The translations under genes and the position numbers were made by a program. From the NCBI RefSeq assembly GCF_009914755.1, contig NC_060934.1: DNA of 64,000 bases; one strand, written 5' to 3'. The notes under the pieces are model-generated. The model searched no databases. It was given only the letters and a program-made list of their open reading frames with translations, and was not told where the DNA came from. This stretch comes from the human T2T-CHM13v2.0 reference genome, Homo sapiens. Shown here in pieces: positions 54,992 to 64,000 of this stretch (the first letter of the stretch is position 1; each line of letters opens with the position of its first letter).

Positions 54992-56418
54992 GGTATTATC
55001 TTTTGAAGGCCTCACTGGCAGGATGGCTCCAGGGCAGGGCTGTGGAGGGTTTTATCTCTTCTTCCTTCAACAACATGGATGGATCCTATCTACCTGGTCC
55101 CTACTCACCCCCAGCACAGGGATTTCCAGCTCACCCAGCTCTGAAGGGTGGGTCACCTGGGAGTGGAAGGTGCAGAGTGGGAGCCACAGGCTGCCCCAGG
55201 CGGTCCAGGGGAACCAGGTGGGAAAGAGAGACTGGAGATGGGGCCAGGGTCTTAGGACCTAAGGAAAACCTTCCTCTCCAGGTTGAGGCTGGAGTATGGG
55301 GTGGGGGGCAGAGGCGGGGTGTGGGTGCAGGGACTGCCTCAATGCAGTCCATCCTGCCCATACTGAGCTCAGGAATGGGGAGGGAGGCTGTGCTGACATG
55401 CTTCCTAGGGTTGGGGGAATGAGGCCTCTTTGCTGAGGAGCAGACTGAAATGTGGTGAGGCTTCTGGAACCTCACTCACTGGAAGAGGAAGCCAGCTGGA
55501 CCTTGCCTGCAGGGTGCAGCTGGGTCTGCCCTGGCTAGGTGTTGAGGGCCCAGGCGGGAGAGGGCTGTGGGTAAGCAGTGGCAATGCTTTTTCTGTGCTG
55601 TGAGCCCAAAACGTTTTTCTGCTCTCAGGGAGCTGGAGGAGGGGGTGATAGAAGTGAGGCGGTGCATTCTCTTCCCTGTGCTCTGACTGCCTGGGCAATC
55701 TTTAGACAGTCACTCAGACACACTCTCAGCTTCCACCAAAGCGATGTGGGAGTACAGGGGTCCCCCAAGGCAGCCACGGGCCAAGTGAGCAGCTACTTCT
55801 AGGCTGTGTCACCCTAGAGTCTCTGCCCAGCACCCTCTGAATGACTCCTTCAAGATCCCCCACCCTAATCAAACCAAGACGGAATTGCCCCCCAATACAA
55901 ATCAAGCCAAGCTGTTTTTCAAGAAAGTAATTGTAGCTAAACCTGAAACCTGAACCTGAAAACCCAGCTACCAGGTCACCTGTTTTGTCCTGAGGGCTGA
56001 CCTAGGTCCAGGTTCAGCAAACTTATGCCAAGGGAGGTATTTCAGATGTCAAATCACTGGTCAGAGTGCAACTGAAAGCATCTTGCAGTCAAAGGCGAGG
56101 TGACCCACTCCCACCTCTCCCCGCCCAGGTACCCCCACCCCCACTCTGCGTCTTATGCAGGCCTTGGGCAGTCAAGGCCTGGCGGAGCCCCACCCTGCAC
56201 AGCTGCAAATATTTATAGCCATGTCCCTTTTCCAGCCCTGTCGAGGGTTCTGCTGTGCTTGCTCCCTAGCTCTGTGAACACCCTGCTGAGAATTCAAATC
56301 TGGGCCATCAAGAAGTTCAGGAACAAGTCTCCCAAAAAAACTGAAATTGTACTGCTCTAATGTTAAAGTCACCTTTTGCATTTCTCTGGCTAGGAGTGAG
56401 GGGAACTGGGAAGAATGA

Positions 56419-57138
<720 letters not shown>

Positions 57139-57571
57139 TGAAGCTCCAGCAGGATACCTGGTGCCAGGAACTCCCCCTTGGGCTAAGGTTGAGGTCTGGG
57201 AATCACCAGGCTTGTCAGTAGGTTTACGGGGCATTTTGTTAGACAGTGTTGGTTTTGACCCAGTTTTCCTTTAGGGTTGCTTCTGGGTCTTTCCACAGAC
57301 AGGCCTGGGCTGCTCAGGGGGTTGGTGGGCATCTGCCAGACTAAAATGAAAACAAGTGATTTCATACTTAGAAGCCATGGACCATGGGTGCTGTTGTTTG
57401 AATACAGTATGTTTGTGTGCATGTGTGGTGTGAGCTTATATACGTGAAAAATACACTTTTATTTAAAACTAAAGTAATACATACTCATTAGTGAAGAATT
57501 GGAAAACACAGAAAAGTAAAAATTAGAATATAAAAAAATGTCTTCATAGTCCCACTGTTCTGACTGCTAAC

Positions 57572-57800
57572 CTGGAACTAGACAATACAAGTTTGTATCC
57601 TGGTCTACCACTTACTAGCCCTATGGCCTTAAACAAGTTGTTCAAACTCTGTGTGCCTCAATTCCCCTATCTAAAAATGGGTATTATAATAGTACCTAGT
57701 GCGTAGGATTGTTGTGAGAATTAAGCAAGTTAATAAATGCAAAAGTCTTCTTGAATAGAGCCTGACACAGAGTAATCACTTAATAAATGTTAGCCATCAG
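57572..57800 (+). mobile_element. MIR (near full length)
   Basis: ccacttactagc...ctctgtgtgcctcaattcccctatctaaaaatggg...aggattgttgtgagaatt...aataaatgttagc. Confidence 0.8.
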
Positions 57801-58048
57801 CATCATCATTATTGCATTTCTTACTATCATTATCAGTGGTCAACTGAATTCTATAATATGTTTACCCAGTCCCCTATTGGTAGATGTTTGAGTTGCTTCC
57901 TGATTTTCTTTATTGTAAGTGATGCAACAATGAACACCTTTCTGCATGGAGCTTTCTCTGAATTTCACATTACTTCATCAGAACAGTCACAAAAGTCAGA
58001 GTTATTGGGTAAAAGTATAAACAGTGTTGGGGTTCTTCAAATATCTAA

Positions 58049-58444
<396 letters not shown>

Positions 58445-58654
58445 TGAACTTGATGCAAGAGATGATTGTGTGCCTGTTCCACACAGCTTGAAGTGGTGGT
58501 GGAACTTCTGCAAAGCAAGTGGTTGCTTCACAGCCTGACCTTACCACTCACCAGAATGTGGCCTTAACCCTCAATGCCCCTTTGGTAAATGACAGTAATA
58601 AGCAGTACCTCCTCCCAGGTTTAATGGGAGGATTAAGCCTCACAGTTTATGTAA

Positions 58655-59161
<507 letters not shown>

Positions 59162-59251
59162 TAACTATCTCCCCTGCCCATATGGTTGCAGCTTTGGGGA
59201 GAGTGAGGTGCAGAGTCTATAGCTTATTTTATGCATCAAATATGTGGATCT

Positions 59252-59542
59252 GGTTAGGTGAGGTGGCTCACACCTTAATCCCAGCACTTTGGGAGGCCGA
59301 GACAGAAGAATTGCTTGAGCCCAGGAGTTTGACACCAGCAACATAGCAAGACCCAGTCTCTACAAAAAATATAAACATTAGCCAGGTGTGGTGGCGCGTG
59401 CCTGTAGTCTCAGCTACGCAGGAGGCTGAAGTGGGAGGGTCGCTTGAGTCCAGGAGTTCGAGGCTGCAGTAACCTGTGATAGCACCACTGTATTCAGCCT
59501 AGGCAACAGAGTAAGATCCTGTATCTCAAAAAAAAAAAAAAA
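59252..59542 (+). mobile_element. Alu (AluJ-like)
   Basis: Diverged dimer with A tail. Confidence 0.9.
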
Positions 59543-60233
59543 TGTAGATCACAAGTTGGCATCTTATGACCACTGGGAAACCTTTCAGGTTATTTTGATT
59601 TGGAGACCACAAGGTCTAGTCTGAAAAGGCCTTGGCTGTGGACTTTGTCCTTCATTCTATTCCTGGTTCCACTTTGGGCTGCTTTGTAAACCTGAGCAAG
59701 TTACTAACCTTCTCTGAGCCTTACTTTCCTCGTCTGTAAACACCTGCCTTACAGAGCTGTGGTGAGGATTAAACCAGAGAAGGCGTGTAGAGCATCAAAT
59801 ATGCGAGACCCCTTCCTCTGCCCCTGTGATATTTATCAGACTTTGATGTTCCTGCAGATTCCTGTAATCTCACGGAGTGAATTCAGAGTTTCTCTGTACC
59901 CCCAAAATGCTATATGTTATCTTAAAATGCTAAGTAAATTATTGTAAATTCAAGAGACAAAGCACTTCATTAGATAGGTGGAAGTCAGTCACTCATTTAT
60001 TCAGAGGCTTCCCCCTTCAGAAAGGATTTGAAGCAGGTTCCAGAAAAGGTAACACAGACATGAAGGCTAAGACAGTAGAACCAGAAAATCAGAGGCGGGA
60101 AAAGCAGGCATGCTGATTATGAAGAATAACAGAGCTGCAGGGACTAACTGGGTAGCAAATTTGAGGGCAAAAAGAGAAACACAGTAAGTTAGTTTACTTT
60201 AAAATCAGAAAGGAGAAAACATTCAGTTCCTCA

Positions 60234-60697
<464 letters not shown>

Positions 60698-61052
60698 CTA
60701 TATCTGTAAAAGGGAGAAGATAATACCAGACCTTTCCTTTCTCATGAGCATATGATATTGATCGGTAGTTAAAGAAAGAGCTGTTATGCTTATACAACTT
60801 GCTGTTATTCTTCTACTAAAAGCATTATAACTTCTATTATTTGAGATAAGCCGCAATTTGTGTCTGAGGCTTTTGAAAGAATGATAGATTTCCATTATCA
60901 CTGCTGCCCCTCATCATAGCAACTCCCCCGAAAAGATTCTCAAAAATGATGTTTTGAGTAAGAAGATCCAGGAAGAAGACGGTCTAGTGTTAAGAGAAGA
61001 CAGTGAGGAAGCAGATTTACCTTCAGACCTAGGTAACTGGAGAGACCCAGTT

Positions 61053-61430
61053 GATCCTCCCACCTCAGCCTGTAGATGGAACTTTAGACATCCGCTACCA
61101 TGCCTAGCTAATTTTCATCATTTTTTGTAGAGATGAGGTCTTGCTATGTTGCCCAGGCTGGTCTTGAAATCCAGGGCTCAAGCAATCCTCCTGCCTTGGC
61201 CTCCTGAAGTGCTGGGATTACAGGCATGAGCCACCGTGCCTATTTTTGATTCTGTTCTATTTTTGATTTTGTAAGGAACCTCATACTGTTTTCCATAACG
61301 GCTGCACTGTGTTACAAACCCATTAACAGAGAATAAAGGTTCCAATTTCTCCGCAGCCTTGCAAACACTTGTTATTTTCTGTTTTTTAAAAAATAGTAGC
61401 TATCCTAACGGGTATGAGGTGAAACTTCAT
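61053..61430 (-). mobile_element. Partial Alu (61053-61240) followed by an L1 fragment (~61265-61430)
   Basis: Reverse Alu left arm, then catactgttttccataacggctgcac...ctaacgggtatgaggtga, typical of antisense L1. Confidence 0.75.
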
Positions 61431-61622
61431 TTTTACGTCTCGTCATTTTAATCAACAATTTGGAAGAAGACACAGAAGGGAGTCCTGTCAAATCTGCAGA
61501 TTGAGCCAGAATGATAGGGTCTAGGCTGAAAAATGCTTCAGCTGGCTGCAAAGATAAGCTGACATCTGCATATAAAGAAGAGAGATAGGTGGGTCAGCCC
61601 TTCACAGATGAACCTGCACCCG

Positions 61623-61955
61623 AGCAGTTCCCAAACCTGGCATCATGGTCACCTAGGGAACTTAACAAACTAGAGAGAAAATAGATTGTTTCAGACCTAC
61701 CTCAGACCCACAGAAGCAGCATTTCGTAGGGTGCCCCACCCTACCCAGGTGTTTCAGTTAGGTGTGGGAATCAGAAGTGTTTCTCAAAGTGTGGTCCCAA
61801 CACCAGCAGCAACATCACCTGAGAACTTGTTAGAAATGCAGATCTTCAGGCCCCACCCCAGATCTGGTGAATCAGAAACTCTGGAGGGGAGCCTGGCACG
61901 CTGTGTTTCAACAAACCCTCCATGTGCTTCTGATGTTTGGGAACCATTGCTCTAG
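61623..61955 (+). mobile_element. MER5A (61776-61955) with an adjacent MER5-like fragment
   Basis: ttctcaaagtgtggtccc...catcacctgagaacttgttagaaatgcag...ggccccaccccaga...gaatcagaaactctgg. Confidence 0.82.
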
Positions 61956-62124
61956 AAAAGTACCAAGCCCCTTTTCAACACAGAGCACCTGCAATTTGAT
62001 GGACAGAAATCCTTTTACAATAGCAATAAAATCCATTAAATGTGAGGGTAGTAATTCAGCTTGGGACAAGAGAGAGTCAAAGAAAATTAGAAAGACTTAA
62101 AGGGAGAAATAAAGGAAGGAATAA

Positions 62125-63004
<880 letters not shown>

Positions 63005-63123
63005 AATTCAAGCCACTTTAATAGCTTAATCTGTGAAAAGCCAGTAAGAGAAGGAATCACTATTTAATTAGGTTGTTTGAACCATTTAACTTAATTTTTA
63101 TATTTATTTAAATATGGAACACA

Positions 63124-63430
63124 GCCCAGCTTGGTGGCTCACGCCTGTAATCATAGTACTTTAGGAGGCCAAGGCAGGAGGACCCCTTGAGCCCAGGAGT
63201 TCAAGAACAGCTTGGACAATATAGGGAGACCCCATCTCTAAAACAAAAAAAAGTTAAAGTAGCCGACCGTGGTGGTGCACACCTGTGGTCCCAGCTGCTC
63301 AGGAGCCTGAGGTGGGAGGATGGTTTGAGCCCAGGAAGTTGAGGTTGCAGTGAACTGTGACCACATCATTGCACTCCATCCTGTGTGACAGAGCAAGACT
63401 CAATCTAAAAAAAAAAAAAAAAAAAAAAAA
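63124..63430 (+). mobile_element. Alu (AluJ-like)
   Basis: Diverged dimer with long A tail. Confidence 0.9.
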
Positions 63431-64000
63431 GGAGATGATGGATGAATGGATAGGATGCATGGATAAATGGAGGAGGGAAGGCCAGGGAAAGCCTTCAGCA
63501 AGGCCATCTCATCACTCTTGGTTGGGGTATGTAGGGCATGAAGACTTCCCTGAAGGACAGCCTAGCACAAAGGATTGCAGAGATTCTCTCAGGTACAGAA
63601 AGTGGGGATGGTTTTTCAAGCCCAGGGCCTGGTTTGCACAGAGGCATGGAGGTGTAAGAGAAAGTCCAGGGCACCATGAGACCACCTGGGAGTGATGAGA
63701 AAGAAGTCGTAAGTGGGTGCAGGGCTTGTCCTCAGGTGGAGACGGGTCAGCCCATACCAGATAGTAGTAAGTTCTTGCAGAGCACAGAGTGAACTGCAAC
63801 CTGGGCGGTAACTTTCTAAAGGAAGCAGAACGATGTTTTCTTAGCTCTGGCAAGGCAATGCATTTCTGCCTACTAAAGAAATTAAGTGTTCCATCAGAGA
63901 AGATTGATGGACTGGGATACATAAGAGCATTTGCATGACAAGCTACAATTAAGCACAAAAGGGGAAGCTATATATTGGAAAACACATGCAAGAGATAAGT

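Noticed and set aside
55568-55582. 15-mer TGGGTAAGCAGTGGC identical to the OPN4 exon 6 donor region (215-229)
   Set aside because: One or two exact 15-mer matches are expected by chance in 64 kb, and the similarity does not extend.

Overview
This is human (or great-ape) genomic DNA matching the OPN4-LDB3 locus (10q23). It holds the 3' half of OPN4 (melanopsin: five coding exons, stop at 5910, AATAAA at 6588). LDB3 (ZASP/Cypher) follows about 2 kb later on the same strand, from its promoter through the second LIM-domain exon; the last two exons lie beyond the window. I placed every exon boundary from GT/AG signals and reading-frame continuity. The spliced lengths give the known 283-aa short skeletal isoform, and 1978 nt of the long-isoform CDS. 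Introns carry about 20 Alus plus MIR, L1, MER5/MER33 and MLT fragments, microsatellites and an intragenic CpG island (~51.25-52.45 kb). Almost all listed six-frame ORFs are GC-rich or Alu noise. The most interesting observation is a 55-nt exon (6953-7007) between the genes with a strong acceptor and a donor. It would splice OPN4 exon 9 in frame and stop-free into the LDB3 ATG, encoding a melanopsin-PDZ/ZM(-LIM) fusion protein. Other notable items are a 62-codon open extension into OPN4 intron 9 (Opn4L-like), a 15-nt LDB3 microexon, a probable GC-AG first intron, muscle enhancer motifs and splicing-factor motif clusters. No database search was possible, so novelty is unverified.
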